The translations under genes were made by a program, and so were the position numbers. From an uncultured delta proteobacterium (GTDB lineage: Bacteria; Desulfobacterota; Desulfobulbia; Desulfobulbales; Desulfocapsaceae), in the NCBI GenBank assembly GCA_963709745.1, contig CAVPXN010000005.1:4673-68672 (forward strand): a stretch of DNA of 64,000 nt. The letters run 5' to 3'. The first letter of the stretch is position 1; the number at the start of each line of letters is the position of its first letter. The notes under the pieces were generated by a model. That model worked only from the letters and a program-made list of their open reading frames with translations, had not been told where the DNA came from and made no database searches. This document shows positions 47,605-57,889 of this stretch, piece after piece.

Positions 47605-48837
47605 ATGGAAGAAAAATTTACCATACGTTATGCCGAGCGGATGAATCAGCTCCCGCCTTATCTATTCGGCATGATCAATAAAATGAAGATGGAAAAGCGC
47701 TGGAAGGGTGACGATGTGATCGATTTGGGTATGGGTAACCCCATGGACCCGACGCCCGGGCCGGTGACTGATAAACTGTGTGAAGTTGCCATCGACCCGA
47801 AAACCCATCGCTATCCGGTGGCCGGCGGCATGAAGAATCTCAAGCGGGAGATCGCCCTCTATTATAAACGCAATTATGGGGTAGAGCTGACCGGGGAAGA
47901 CGATGTTATCTGCACTATCGGCTCAAAAGAAGGTATCTCCCACCTCTGCCTGGCGCTGCTCGGGCCCGGTGATACGGTGTTGACCCCGGCACCGGCTTTT
48001 CCGATTCATGTCTATGCCGCGGTGATTGCCGGAGCCAATGTTCTGCGTATCCAGCTTAGTTCGGAAGATGCCATGCTGGCACAGATTGTGACGATGTGCA
48101 AGTCTCTCTATCCCGGCCCCAAACTGCTGATGCTCAACTATCCGCATAACCCCACCGGAACCCTTGCCTCGCGGGAGTTTTTTGTCGAGGTGGTGAAGCT
48201 TGCCAAAAAATATAATTTTATGGTAATCAACGATTTCGCCTATGCCAAGATCACCTTTGACGGAGTGGTTGCATCGAGCTTGCTCGAGGTGCCGGGAGCG
48301 ATGGATGTCGGGGTGGAGTTCGGTTCCTTCTCCAAGTCCTATAATATGGCGGGCTGGCGACTTGGCTACTGCGTCGGCAACACCGAGATGATTGGCGGGC
48401 TGGCGAAGATTAAAGGCTATTATGACTATGGTATTTTTTCGGCTATCCAGGTTGCGGGCATTGTTGCCATGCGGGACTGCGATGACCAGATTACCGAGCA
48501 GGTGGCGGTTTATCAGAAGCGTCGTGATTTTCTTTGCGACGGTCTGAAAAAAATGGGTTGGGTAGTCGAAACCCCGAAGGCGGGCATGTTTCTCTGGGTG
48601 AAAATCCCTGAGCCATATACCCGCATGGGCTCCATAAAATTCTCCATTGAGATGATGAATAGAGCAAATGTTGCGCTTGCGCCCGGTGCCGGTTTCGGCA
48701 TAGAAGGGGATGAATATCTGCGTCTGGCGCTGGTGGAAAACGAGAATCGGGTCAGCCAGGCCTTAAAGCAGATGCGGCGGGCGCTCAAAGAGATTGACGA
48801 TGAGGTTGCCGCGGGCACCTTGCAACTCACTAAATAA
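47605..48837 (+). CDS. PLP-dependent aminotransferase class I/II (AlaC/DapL-like)
   Basis: DLGMGNP, NYPHNPT, DFAY, SFSKSYNMAGWRLG. Confidence 0.92.
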   Translation: MEEKFTIRYAERMNQLPPYLFGMINKMKMEKRWKGDDVIDLGMGNPMDPTPGPVTDKLCEVAIDPKTHRYPVAGGMKNLKREIALYYKRNYGVELTGEDDVICTIGSKEGISHLCLALLGPGDTVLTPAPAFPIHVYAAVIAGANVLRIQLSSEDAMLAQIVTMCKSLYPGPKLLMLNYPHNPTGTLASREFFVEVVKLAKKYNFMVINDFAYAKITFDGVVASSLLEVPGAMDVGVEFGSFSKSYNMAGWRLGYCVGNTEMIGGLAKIKGYYDYGIFSAIQVAGIVAMRDCDDQITEQVAVYQKRRDFLCDGLKKMGWVVETPKAGMFLWVKIPEPYTRMGSIKFSIEMMNRANVALAPGAGFGIEGDEYLRLALVENENRVSQALKQMRRALKEIDDEVAAGTLQLTK

Positions 48838-48909
48838 GATAACTATCGCAAGCAGTAAGTTTTTACGACACTATCAAATTAACATTTCAATAACCTAAAG
48901 GAGAGACAT

Positions 48910-49410
48910 ATGGCGACTACAACTGAAAATTTAAAGGATGCATTTGCCGGCGAGAGCCAGGCGAACCAGAAATACAAAGCCTTCGCCAAAAAGGCCGAGA
49001 AAGAAGGTTTTAAAAACATTGCCAAGTTGTTCCGGACCACCGCCGAGGCCGAGCGCATCCATGCCGAAGGCCATTTGAAGGCCCTGGAGATGATCGCTTC
49101 TACCGCCGAAAACCTGCAGGCGGCAATCGATGGTGAGACCTATGAGTTTACCGAGATGTATCCGCCGATGGTTGAGCTGGCCCAGTCCGACGGCCATAAG
49201 GCCAAAACCATGTTCAAGTTTGCCGTCGATGCCGAGGAAGTCCACGCCCAGATCTACCAAAAAGCGCTGGAGGCGGTCAAAGCCGGCAAGGATATGGATG
49301 TGACCGATTTTTATCTCTGTACCGTGTGCGGCTATATCGAGTTGGGCAGCGCCCCGGAAAAATGTCCGGTCTGCGGCGCCTTGAAAAAGATTTTTGTGCT
49401 GATTGATTGA
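48910..49410 (+). CDS. rbr: Rubrerythrin
   Basis: AFAGESQA, EAERIHA, EEVHA di-iron ligands; CTVCG...CPVCG rubredoxin-like domain. Confidence 0.95.
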   Translation: MATTTENLKDAFAGESQANQKYKAFAKKAEKEGFKNIAKLFRTTAEAERIHAEGHLKALEMIASTAENLQAAIDGETYEFTEMYPPMVELAQSDGHKAKTMFKFAVDAEEVHAQIYQKALEAVKAGKDMDVTDFYLCTVCGYIELGSAPEKCPVCGALKKIFVLID

Positions 49411-49418
49411 TCCTGTTT

Positions 49419-49451
49419 TAGGGGGCGGGTATGGAATCAATCCGCCCCCTA
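49419..49451. terminator. GC-rich hairpin between convergent genes
   Basis: TAGGGGGCGG...CCGCCCCCTA, perfect 10-bp arms. Confidence 0.55.
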
Positions 49452-50537
49452 TAGCCTGCCTGTGCGCTTTTTGAGGTGATTTTGCGCAAGATGGGCGAGC
49501 TGAGCGGTCATCGTCAATACTTTTTCGGCCAGTTCAGGGGAAAGCGATCCGGTGCCGCAGGACGGGGCGATAAAAGTCTGCGTCATCAATTGCTTTTCGG
49601 TAAAACCAAAGCCTGCCAGGAGCGCCAGTTGTTCGAGCCATTTGGCAAAGAGAGAAGCAACCGTCTCTTCAGCCAAAACCAGGGGATCTCCGGTCGGAAC
49701 AATGCCCCAGGCCAGGATGCCGCCACGCTGGAGAAAATTGATCAGCTGCTCTTTATAGAGAATAAAGTTGGCAAAATAGAAGTAGGCGTCAAAGCTGATA
49801 ATATCGGTATCGGAAGAGAGCGCCGGACCCCAGTCGCCATTGGCGCAGATGTGCACGCCGGCAAGTCCGCCAGCCATCTTTATCGCCGAAATTACCTCGG
49901 CGACTGCATCGGTGACCATTTCCCGGGAAATTCCGCCAAAGCCGCTTGAACCGAAGCTGACTAGGCCGGGCTCGTCGATAAAGACCATCGGTGGTATTTT
50001 GCCGGTATATTTCTGCAGTTCGGCAACCTGCCAGCGCCCCTTCAGCGCCAGCAGTTTAATAAGTATGTCGCGCAGATTGTCATCATAGAATATCGAGTTG
50101 CCATGCCGGTCCTTGAGGCCAATGCCGGTTGTCACCGGACCGGTGACCTGGCCCTTGGCGTTCAGATAGCTGGATTTTTTTTCGGCTAGAAAATCCATCA
50201 GGATAAAAAAGCCCGGCGCCGAATCGAGCCCCAGTCCAAAGCGGGAATTGGCCAGCTCGCCGGGTTTTTCTTCCACCTGAATATACTCTTCGTAAAAAGC
50301 TGCCATCTCCTGTTCGAAATCCTGGCCCTCGGTGTCGATCCAGCAGCGGTTGCCGTCGTCGACCAGGCCGGGGAAACCGGTGATGAACTGGCGGACCATG
50401 CCTTCCCTGGGGTTTTTCGGCAGCTGCGGCCAGAGGGGAATCTCGGGGGTATGTTTGTGGATGAGCTGCATTGCCTGCCGGTGGTCGGTGAGGGGGAGGC
50501 TGCCGATGAGGATCGGCAGGCAGTTGGCTTGGAACAT
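49449..50537 (-). CDS. Methionine-synthase/UROD-like TIM-barrel protein
   Basis: IGSLP, WPQLP, KGQVTGPVT, FIDEP, GVHIC, WGIVPT, PSCGTG. Confidence 0.7.
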   Translation of the reverse strand: MFQANCLPILIGSLPLTDHRQAMQLIHKHTPEIPLWPQLPKNPREGMVRQFITGFPGLVDDGNRCWIDTEGQDFEQEMAAFYEEYIQVEEKPGELANSRFGLGLDSAPGFFILMDFLAEKKSSYLNAKGQVTGPVTTGIGLKDRHGNSIFYDDNLRDILIKLLALKGRWQVAELQKYTGKIPPMVFIDEPGLVSFGSSGFGGISREMVTDAVAEVISAIKMAGGLAGVHICANGDWGPALSSDTDIISFDAYFYFANFILYKEQLINFLQRGGILAWGIVPTGDPLVLAEETVASLFAKWLEQLALLAGFGFTEKQLMTQTFIAPSCGTGSLSPELAEKVLTMTAQLAHLAQNHLKKRTGRL

Positions 50538-50544
50538 GGATTTT

Positions 50545-53430
50545 TTACTCCTTATTGTTGGTCCAGGGGGTGAGAGCGTCAAGCAGCTTGAAAGGCGCCT
50601 TGATGGTTCGTTTGGCCAGATTGAAGACGCCGGAGCTGACCGCTGACGGCGACAGGATACTGACCTTCGGGTCGGTTGCCGGGCCGCTGATGCTGACAGG
50701 GATGCTGATCAGGCTGCCGCCGAGCAGGTAGTTGATGCCGGGAATGTGCCTGACGATGGAGTCGATGGTCTGCAGCGGCGCGGCCACCAGCTGCATGTCA
50801 AGTGTCCGCTCCACCAGATTGATCGTGCCTTGCCCGACCAGATCGAGCGTTTCCCCATTGAGGTGATATTTGTCGACGGTCAGCAGGCCTTCACGAAACT
50901 GGCCTTCGATGGTCATGGTGTTGTAGCGGAGACCTTTGGTGGTTAGATCCGGCAGCCTGCCCTTGATGATTTCCGTGACATTGAGTACTTCGAGAACCCG
51001 GGCGAGAATTTTACTCTGCTGGATCACGCCGTTGCTGAAGGTCATCTGCAGAGGACCCTGCATGCGCTTAACCAGTCTGTCCATTTTCCCTTTGGCGGTG
51101 ACCTGGCTGGAAAAATCGAGCGTGCCGGTCATCCTCACCGCGCCGCTGGTCAGGCAGCTGTAGCTGTCGGCGACATTGAGATTGTTTCCGGAGAGGGACA
51201 TATTGAAGGAATAGGTCGTGCCGTTGGTGGAGATCGACCCTGGGGAATCGATGCCGCATAAGCCGGCCTCGATAATTTTTATCTCTACCCTGTCCTTATC
51301 AAAGAACACCTTCGCCTTCACCGGTGACCAGGTCAGTTTTTCCCAGGTGAGGCTGGCAATGTCAACGGTGATGTCCGTGCCGTCCCCCTGCAGCTTGACC
51401 TGCCCAAGCTGCACCTGGTCGGCCGACGGCAGGACAAGCGGCAGGTTGTCCCCCTTCAGCTGCCCCTTGACCGTCACCGCACCCTGGCCGGTCGAGTCGA
51501 TGGCGACCGATATATCGCCATCCAGCCGGCCGCTGTTGAAGGCGCTGTCGACAAAGATATCCTGCAGGGTCTGATGCTGCAGACGGCCACTGAAGGTGCC
51601 TTTGCGCTTTTTGCCGGCCAGGTCGAGGACCATCGACGCATCGGAATACTGGTCCTTGACGGTGAGCTGGTGGATCTGCAGCCGGTCCCTGGCGTAGTCG
51701 ACATTACCGTTGAGCGTCGGGCCCTTGTCGATTTTCACCTGCCCGGCAAAGGAAGTGGTTGCGTCCGGCTGCCAGGAGACCTTGCCGTCGCTGACGGTAA
51801 AGGGCGTCTGTATGGTATAGGCATCCGGCAGCTTCAGCTGGGAGGCGAGCCAGGTATATGCCTCTTTGCCGATGCTGCCGTCAAGGCTGAGGTCCAGGCG
51901 CTTGAGCTGCTGCGGCAATCCCTTGATGCTGCCGGACACGGTAAGCTGCGCGTCCATGCCGGCGGCTTTGATCTTTTTCAATTCGAGCTGCCCGGGGTCC
52001 ATGGTATACTGACCGCCGGCAATGTCTATGGCTGCCGGAAAGAGTTCGGTTTTTACTGCGGCATGTCGCACAGTTCCGGTAGAATGTATTGTCCAGGCAG
52101 CGGGTTTATCGAGTGGGCCCTGCAGTTTCAGAGAGGATATGTCGACCCGCCCGCGAACCTCGGAAATTTTTTGCAGCGGGCCCTGCAGTCCATCGAGAGA
52201 GGACAACCAGGAATACATTTCCGCCAGCTCGGCATCGACAGCCAAATCCACCAGAAATAGATTGCTGTCTTTGGTCAGGCCAAGCTGCAGGGATCCATCA
52301 CTTGCGGTTGAGTTCTTCAGGCGGGCCGACAGTTGGTTTGCCTGGAGAATGCCTTTGTCGATCACTACGTCGCCGGTGACATCGCTCACCTTTAGCTTGA
52401 TCTCCGGGACGGCGATTTTGCCCTCCTGCAATCGCCCTTTGATGAGGATACTGGTAAATTCGCCGAGGCCGGACGGCTGGTCAGCCTGCGAGGTTACATT
52501 AATTTTCGTTACCTGCCCGCCGCGCAGGTATTTGCCGATCTGCTTGATGGGCGTCGTGTCGCCGGCCAGCTTCAGGGCTGTGGTGCGGGTGGCAGCGACA
52601 TCGATATCCTCGCCGGTGATCTGCAGGGTGCAGTTGGGTTGGGCCTGGGCGCAGGCAAAATCGCCGTTCAGGGTCAGGCGCGGCTCGTCCAATGCGAGCT
52701 TGGTGAGGCTTGCCTGCAGGGTATCGGCAGTCATCCGGGCGCTGCCGCGCATGCTGATCTTCTTGAGAGTCTGCTGCTGGTCATGGCGAAAGATGATCAA
52801 TTCGGCAAGAGATGCGGTGAGCTGCACCTCGGCTGTGTTGGCATCGGCTGCGCTGATGGTGCCAGTCAGGTCCACTCCGGCCATGGTGGCCAGCTTGTTC
52901 TTGTCCCGGCTGAGGGTGATCTGTCCGTTGTTTATTTCTGCGTCGACACCGGACAGCAGCGGCCCGAGCGCCTTGCCCGCATGACGTATTTTTTCCTGCA
53001 GGACGGCCACGGTTACCGGTTGCTCGGCCGGCATATCCGCGTTTGCGGCAGGAAGAACCAGGCTGAGCTGGGGCGAATCGAGCTCGAGTGCCGACAGCCG
53101 CATATTACCCTGCAGCAGAGGCAGCAGCTCCGGGCTCATGCGCAGAGAGACGATTGTTCCCTGTGCCTGGCCGGGAAAAGCCAGGCGTACCTCTTGCAGT
53201 TCGATGCCCGGTCTTGGCAGGTAGCTGAGGTCAATTGTCTGAAAGTCGAGCTCGCCGCCGGTTTTCTGACTCACCACCGTCTGAATTTTCTGTTTGATCG
53301 CGGGAGATGAAAGCAGGCGCGGCGCCAGCAGCACCACCGCTGCGATCAAGAGCAGCAAGGCGACCAGACCGCCCAGCAGCCAGGTTAGGCGGGGATGGCT
53401 GGTAAAAAAGGTGGGCTTGAAGGTGCGCAT
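50545..53430 (-). CDS. AsmA-family protein
   Basis: N-terminal TM anchor, long beta-rich body, C-terminal G.G.INL...LDMQL...P.SISG...DPKV. Confidence 0.75.
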   Translation of the reverse strand: MRTFKPTFFTSHPRLTWLLGGLVALLLLIAAVVLLAPRLLSSPAIKQKIQTVVSQKTGGELDFQTIDLSYLPRPGIELQEVRLAFPGQAQGTIVSLRMSPELLPLLQGNMRLSALELDSPQLSLVLPAANADMPAEQPVTVAVLQEKIRHAGKALGPLLSGVDAEINNGQITLSRDKNKLATMAGVDLTGTISAADANTAEVQLTASLAELIIFRHDQQQTLKKISMRGSARMTADTLQASLTKLALDEPRLTLNGDFACAQAQPNCTLQITGEDIDVAATRTTALKLAGDTTPIKQIGKYLRGGQVTKINVTSQADQPSGLGEFTSILIKGRLQEGKIAVPEIKLKVSDVTGDVVIDKGILQANQLSARLKNSTASDGSLQLGLTKDSNLFLVDLAVDAELAEMYSWLSSLDGLQGPLQKISEVRGRVDISSLKLQGPLDKPAAWTIHSTGTVRHAAVKTELFPAAIDIAGGQYTMDPGQLELKKIKAAGMDAQLTVSGSIKGLPQQLKRLDLSLDGSIGKEAYTWLASQLKLPDAYTIQTPFTVSDGKVSWQPDATTSFAGQVKIDKGPTLNGNVDYARDRLQIHQLTVKDQYSDASMVLDLAGKKRKGTFSGRLQHQTLQDIFVDSAFNSGRLDGDISVAIDSTGQGAVTVKGQLKGDNLPLVLPSADQVQLGQVKLQGDGTDITVDIASLTWEKLTWSPVKAKVFFDKDRVEIKIIEAGLCGIDSPGSISTNGTTYSFNMSLSGNNLNVADSYSCLTSGAVRMTGTLDFSSQVTAKGKMDRLVKRMQGPLQMTFSNGVIQQSKILARVLEVLNVTEIIKGRLPDLTTKGLRYNTMTIEGQFREGLLTVDKYHLNGETLDLVGQGTINLVERTLDMQLVAAPLQTIDSIVRHIPGINYLLGGSLISIPVSISGPATDPKVSILSPSAVSSGVFNLAKRTIKAPFKLLDALTPWTNNKE

Positions 53431-53533
53431 AAGGTTATTAAGAGATTGTCATTTTTAATGTATTTTATTTTATAAAACGAGTAAGGCAGAGAGCTGGAAA
53501 AAACAAGAGAGAGAAAGATACCCAGGCACCCCC

Positions 53534-54340
53534 ATGCAACCAATTACCCTTTTTCCCCGGCGGCAGGCAGCGGCAATCAGGTATGTCCTGACCGATATTG
53601 ACGACACCTTGACCAATGACGGCCGGATGGCCGCCTGTGCCTGCCAGGCTTTGGAGAATCTGCAGAAAGCGGGCATGCAGGTCATCCCCATTACCGGCCG
53701 GCCGGCCGGCTGGTGTGACCTGATCGCCAGAATGTGGCCGGTCGCCGGGGTGGTCGGCGAGAACGGCGCCTTCTACTTTGCCTACGATGCCGCGCAGAAG
53801 AAAATGATCCGCCGCTATGTCAAGAATCAACAGCAGCGAGTGGAAGACCGGACCAGGCTTGCCGCGATACAAACAGAAGTCCTGCAGGCTGTCCCCGGTT
53901 GCGCCGTATCGGCGGATCAGCGGTACCGGGAGGCCGATCTGGCCATCGATTTTTGTGAAGATGTGCCGCCTTTAGCCAGGGAGGCCATTGATGCGATCGT
54001 GGCCATTTTTCACCGGCATGGGGCGTCGGCCAAGATCAGCTCGATCCACGTCAACGGCTGGTTCGGCAGCTACGATAAACTGTCGATGACCAAGATTCTT
54101 TTTGCCGAACACTTTGGCCTTGCCCTGGACGACATCAGGGAGAGGGTGGTTTTTGCCGGCGACTCGCCCAATGACGAGCCGATGTTTGCCTACTTCCCCC
54201 ATTCTGTCGGCGTCGCCAACGTCCTGCAGTTTGCCGAAAAACTTGTCCATAAACCGACCTGGATCACCGCTGCCTCCGGTGGCTATGGTTTCGCCCAGCT
54301 GGCCGACCACCTGGTGGCGGCTATTTCTCCCGCTCGATAA
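53534..54340 (-). CDS. HAD-IIB family hydrolase
   Basis: TDIDDTLT, ITGRPAGW, GDSPND. Confidence 0.9.
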
Positions 54341-55241
54341 GGCCCTTGACGAACCAGCGCTGCATCGACAGTACAACCAGGACCGGCGGCAGCATGACCA
54401 TCAGCGCGCCGCCGAGAGCGACGTTCCACTCGGGTAGATCGTCGGCCTGGGGGATCAGGTCTTTCAGGCCAATGACTGCGGTGGTCATGTCCGGGTTGGT
54501 AGTGATCAGCAGAGGCCAGAGATACTGGTTATACCCATACACAAATTCAATAACAATCAGTGCCGCGATGTTGGTCTTTGACAGAGGCAGGAGGATCTTC
54601 AGGAAAAAGGTCATTGGACTGGCACCATCCATCTTCGCCGCCTCACACAGCTCTTCCGGGACGGTTAAAAAGAATTGTCGAAATAAAAAGGTACAGGTCG
54701 CCGAGGCGATAAGCGGCAGAATCAGCCCGGTGTAGCTGTCAAGCAACGACCAGTTGAGCTGCAAGGCAAAGTCATTGCCGGTAAACCAGGAAACCAGGCT
54801 GTTCAGATGCAGAAAATCCCAGGTCGCCTGGGCCGGCCCCAGAACATTGGCGGCAACTTCATAGGTGGGCATGATCCGCACTTCAACCGGCAGCATCAAG
54901 GTGCAGAAAACTGAGGCAAAGGCCACGACCCGTAAACGGTAATCAAAGTAAACGATCGAGAAAGCACCGATAATCGACACAGCTATTTTGCCAAACGTTA
55001 TCCCGGTCGCCATAATAAACGAGTTGAAAATCTGGTTGCCGAGATTGCCTCTGGTCCAGGCCTCGGTCATATTGACCATAAACTGGTCGCCGGGGATAAG
55101 CGGCATGGGCACCTGGGAAACGTCGGCGAGGGGAAGCGTTGCTGCTATCAGACTGTAGAGTATCGGAAAGCCGACAATAAGGATGCCGATAATCAAAAAA
55201 ATGTAAGTGAATGTATCGAGGAGGGGAGTTTTTTCAACCAT
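54321..55241 (-). CDS. ugpE: sn-glycerol-3-phosphate ABC permease UgpE
   Basis: LMLPVEVRIMPT, LIASATCTFLFRQFF, EAAKMDGA. Confidence 0.9.
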   Translation of the reverse strand: MVEKTPLLDTFTYIFLIIGILIVGFPILYSLIAATLPLADVSQVPMPLIPGDQFMVNMTEAWTRGNLGNQIFNSFIMATGITFGKIAVSIIGAFSIVYFDYRLRVVAFASVFCTLMLPVEVRIMPTYEVAANVLGPAQATWDFLHLNSLVSWFTGNDFALQLNWSLLDSYTGLILPLIASATCTFLFRQFFLTVPEELCEAAKMDGASPMTFFLKILLPLSKTNIAALIVIEFVYGYNQYLWPLLITTNPDMTTAVIGLKDLIPQADDLPEWNVALGGALMVMLPPVLVVLSMQRWFVKGLIEREK

Positions 55242-55246
55242 GGCGC

Positions 55247-56137
55247 CTATCCGGTATATTGGACTTTCTTTTCCACGTAGCGAAACTGGAGAAACGTTAT
55301 AATGACTATCAGGGTCATAAGGACCACCGACTGAGCCGAAGAAGAGCCGAGATTCAGGCCGACAAATCCATCCTGATACACTTTGTAAACCAGGATATTG
55401 GTTGACCCGCCGGGGCCGCCCTGGGTCACGGTGTGGATAACGCCGAAGGTCTCGAAAAAAGAATAAATTATATTCATCACCGACAGGAAAAAGAAGGTCG
55501 GGGAGAGCAGGGGAAAGGTAATTGTCCAGAACCTGGTGAAGGGACTGGCGCCATCGATTGCCGCTGCTTCGATCAGCGATTTGGGGATGGCCTGCAGGCC
55601 GGCCATGAAAAAGACAAAATTATAGCTGATCTGTTTCCAGGCACTCGCCATGGTGATCATGACCATGGCATCGGTGCCATCCAGCACTGGATTCCAGTTG
55701 AGCCCCAGCCAGGCGTTGATGGCAAGAGCGACGATGCCGTAGGACGGATGGAGCAGAAAAAGCCACAAGATTCCGGAAATGGCCGGGGCGACCGCATAGG
55801 GCCAGATCAGCAGGGTTCGCACCAGTGCCGTGGCTCTTAAGGCCCGGTTGGCCATGGTGGCGATAAACAGGCCAAGGGTGATCGACACCGAGGCCACGGC
55901 GATACTGAAGGTAAAGGTGGTCAGTATCGACCGCAGGTAGAGCTGGTCGGTAAACAGTTCTTTATAATTATAAAACCAGACGAATTTACTGCTCTGGCCA
56001 AAAGGGTCGCTGAGCAGAAAGGATTGAATCAATCCCTGGACCGCCGGCCAGTAAAAAAAAGTGACTGTCACCAGCACCTGCGGCAGGATCAGCAGATACG
56101 GCAGGTAAGATGATTTAAAAGTCGATCGTTTTATCAT
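55247..56137 (-). CDS. ugpA: sn-glycerol-3-phosphate ABC permease UgpA
   Basis: LLIWPYAVAPA, WKQISYNF, EAAAIDGA. Confidence 0.9.
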   Translation of the reverse strand: MIKRSTFKSSYLPYLLILPQVLVTVTFFYWPAVQGLIQSFLLSDPFGQSSKFVWFYNYKELFTDQLYLRSILTTFTFSIAVASVSITLGLFIATMANRALRATALVRTLLIWPYAVAPAISGILWLFLLHPSYGIVALAINAWLGLNWNPVLDGTDAMVMITMASAWKQISYNFVFFMAGLQAIPKSLIEAAAIDGASPFTRFWTITFPLLSPTFFFLSVMNIIYSFFETFGVIHTVTQGGPGGSTNILVYKVYQDGFVGLNLGSSSAQSVVLMTLIVIITFLQFRYVEKKVQYTG

Positions 56138-56209
56138 GGCGCAAAACGAAGGTATTAAACGAATTTATTCATGCTGGTGTCGAAAAAATCATATGAGCTG
56201 TCAGGATCA

Positions 56210-56334
56210 ACTCTGGAAAAAGTTCGATATACAATGCGCAGCGTCTGATACGGAGATTTGGTAGTACATGTAGTACAGCAAATCGCCGTATCAGATCTGC
56301 AACGAAGGAGATCGGGCTTTTTACCAGTCCATCA
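56210..56334 (-). repeat. Palindromic dispersed repeat, copy 2, between ugpB and ugpA
   Basis: Internal hairpin TCTGATACGG...CCGTATCAGA; homologous to 45484..45609. Confidence 0.85.
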
Positions 56335-57660
56335 TTTGTAAGTCTTGGCAAAGGTCTGTAACTGAATATTACCCCTTTCTACCGCGCTGTCCAATGCCTG
56401 TTTGGGTGTCTTGGTGCCGTTCCAGACCAGCTCGAGCTCTTCATTGATGATATTTCTGATCTGCACAAAGTACCCTAAACGCAGTCCCCTGGAAATTTTT
56501 GTAGGAATTGCTCTGTTGAGCTGGTCAATGCCAACTGTTTGCAGTGGATTTTCTTTATAGTACCCTTCTTTTTTCAATTCATCATAAGCATTTAAAGTAA
56601 TGGGAAAGTAACCTGTTTCCTTGTGCCAGTACATTTGCATTTCGTTGCCGGCAAGAAATTTCAAAAATGCCGCAACACCTTCGTACTCTTTCTTGCTGTG
56701 TCCTTTCAGTACCCAAAGAGAGGCTCCACCGATAATGCTGTTCTGGGGCTTTTTCATCCAAGCCTCAACAGGCAATGGAGCCGCATCCCATTTGAAATCT
56801 TGAATAGCTTCTTTGAGTTTGGCTATGCCGCTGACGGAATCCATGTAAATTGCTGCATTCTGGGCGATAAATTCGGATTTCGGACCCTGATATTTCTGGC
56901 CGCCGTACATGAACCGTTTGTCGGCACCCCATTGTTTAAGCATTTCGATGTGGCTGATAACCTTGGGATTGTTGATCAGCAATTTACAATCAAGCCCGGC
57001 ATATCCATTGTCTTTACTGGCAAAAGGAATATTATGGATAGCACTGTAGTTTTCAATCTGGATCCATGACTGCCAGGCGCTGACCATACCGGCAGGAGCA
57101 ATACCACTCTCGACCAGTTTTTTGGTGATTTCTCCCAGTTCGTCCCAGGTGATGGGTTCGGTCTTGGAAAGTGGCGGAATTCCGGCTTTTTCAAACATGG
57201 TGACGTTGTAATACATGATCGGCGTCGAGGAATTAAAGGGCATCGACATCAAATTGCCGTCGGCATCCATATAGTACGAGAGAACTGCCTGCAGGTAATT
57301 TGACCAGTCGATATCGTAGCCGGCATCGGCCATAAGTTTATGGACCGGATAAATTGCCCCGGATTGCATCATGGTCTGGGTGCCGACTTCAAAGACCTGG
57401 AGAATATGCGGCTGCTTCTTGGCCCTGAACGCGGCTACTCCGGCATTCATGACCTCGTCATAATCGCCTTTATTGGTGCCGACCACGACGTATTCCGACT
57501 GCGATGCATTGAATTTTTCAATCATTGTGTCAACGACCTTCCCTCTCGCGCTGCGCATCGCATGCCACCAGTTGATGGTGATAGGCTTAGCCCACACTGC
57601 GGCGGGGAAGGCAAGGCAGATGCCCAGCGCGGAGATTAGGGCCAATCGGTTCAATTTCAT
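56332..57660 (-). CDS. ugpB: sn-glycerol-3-phosphate ABC binding protein UgpB
   Basis: WWHAM, FNASQ, PHILQVFEVGT, MPFNSSTP, SIIGGASLW. Confidence 0.9.
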   Translation of the reverse strand: MKLNRLALISALGICLAFPAAVWAKPITINWWHAMRSARGKVVDTMIEKFNASQSEYVVVGTNKGDYDEVMNAGVAAFRAKKQPHILQVFEVGTQTMMQSGAIYPVHKLMADAGYDIDWSNYLQAVLSYYMDADGNLMSMPFNSSTPIMYYNVTMFEKAGIPPLSKTEPITWDELGEITKKLVESGIAPAGMVSAWQSWIQIENYSAIHNIPFASKDNGYAGLDCKLLINNPKVISHIEMLKQWGADKRFMYGGQKYQGPKSEFIAQNAAIYMDSVSGIAKLKEAIQDFKWDAAPLPVEAWMKKPQNSIIGGASLWVLKGHSKKEYEGVAAFLKFLAGNEMQMYWHKETGYFPITLNAYDELKKEGYYKENPLQTVGIDQLNRAIPTKISRGLRLGYFVQIRNIINEELELVWNGTKTPKQALDSAVERGNIQLQTFAKTYK

Positions 57661-57889
57661 GGTATTTCCTCCTTGAGAGTAATAAATGATATTCGCCCCT
57701 GCCGGTCAGGGCCGTCCTCGCATACTTTACAGTATTTTTCCCTCACTGGAAATAGTAGGTAATGAATACGGAGTCAAGGCAAAACCGCGAGAGAGAAGAA
57801 TTCAATTTGGTCCTTGGGGCAAAAAATATTAATGAATCGAACTGCTCTTAATGGTACAACAGTTACCTCCGATTCTATGATTTAGGCAA

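Noticed and set aside
48850-48875. PerR-like box upstream of rubrerythrin
   Set aside because: AGTAA and TTAC half-sites are present, but the spacing is off by one from the pattern I recall, so it cannot be supported.
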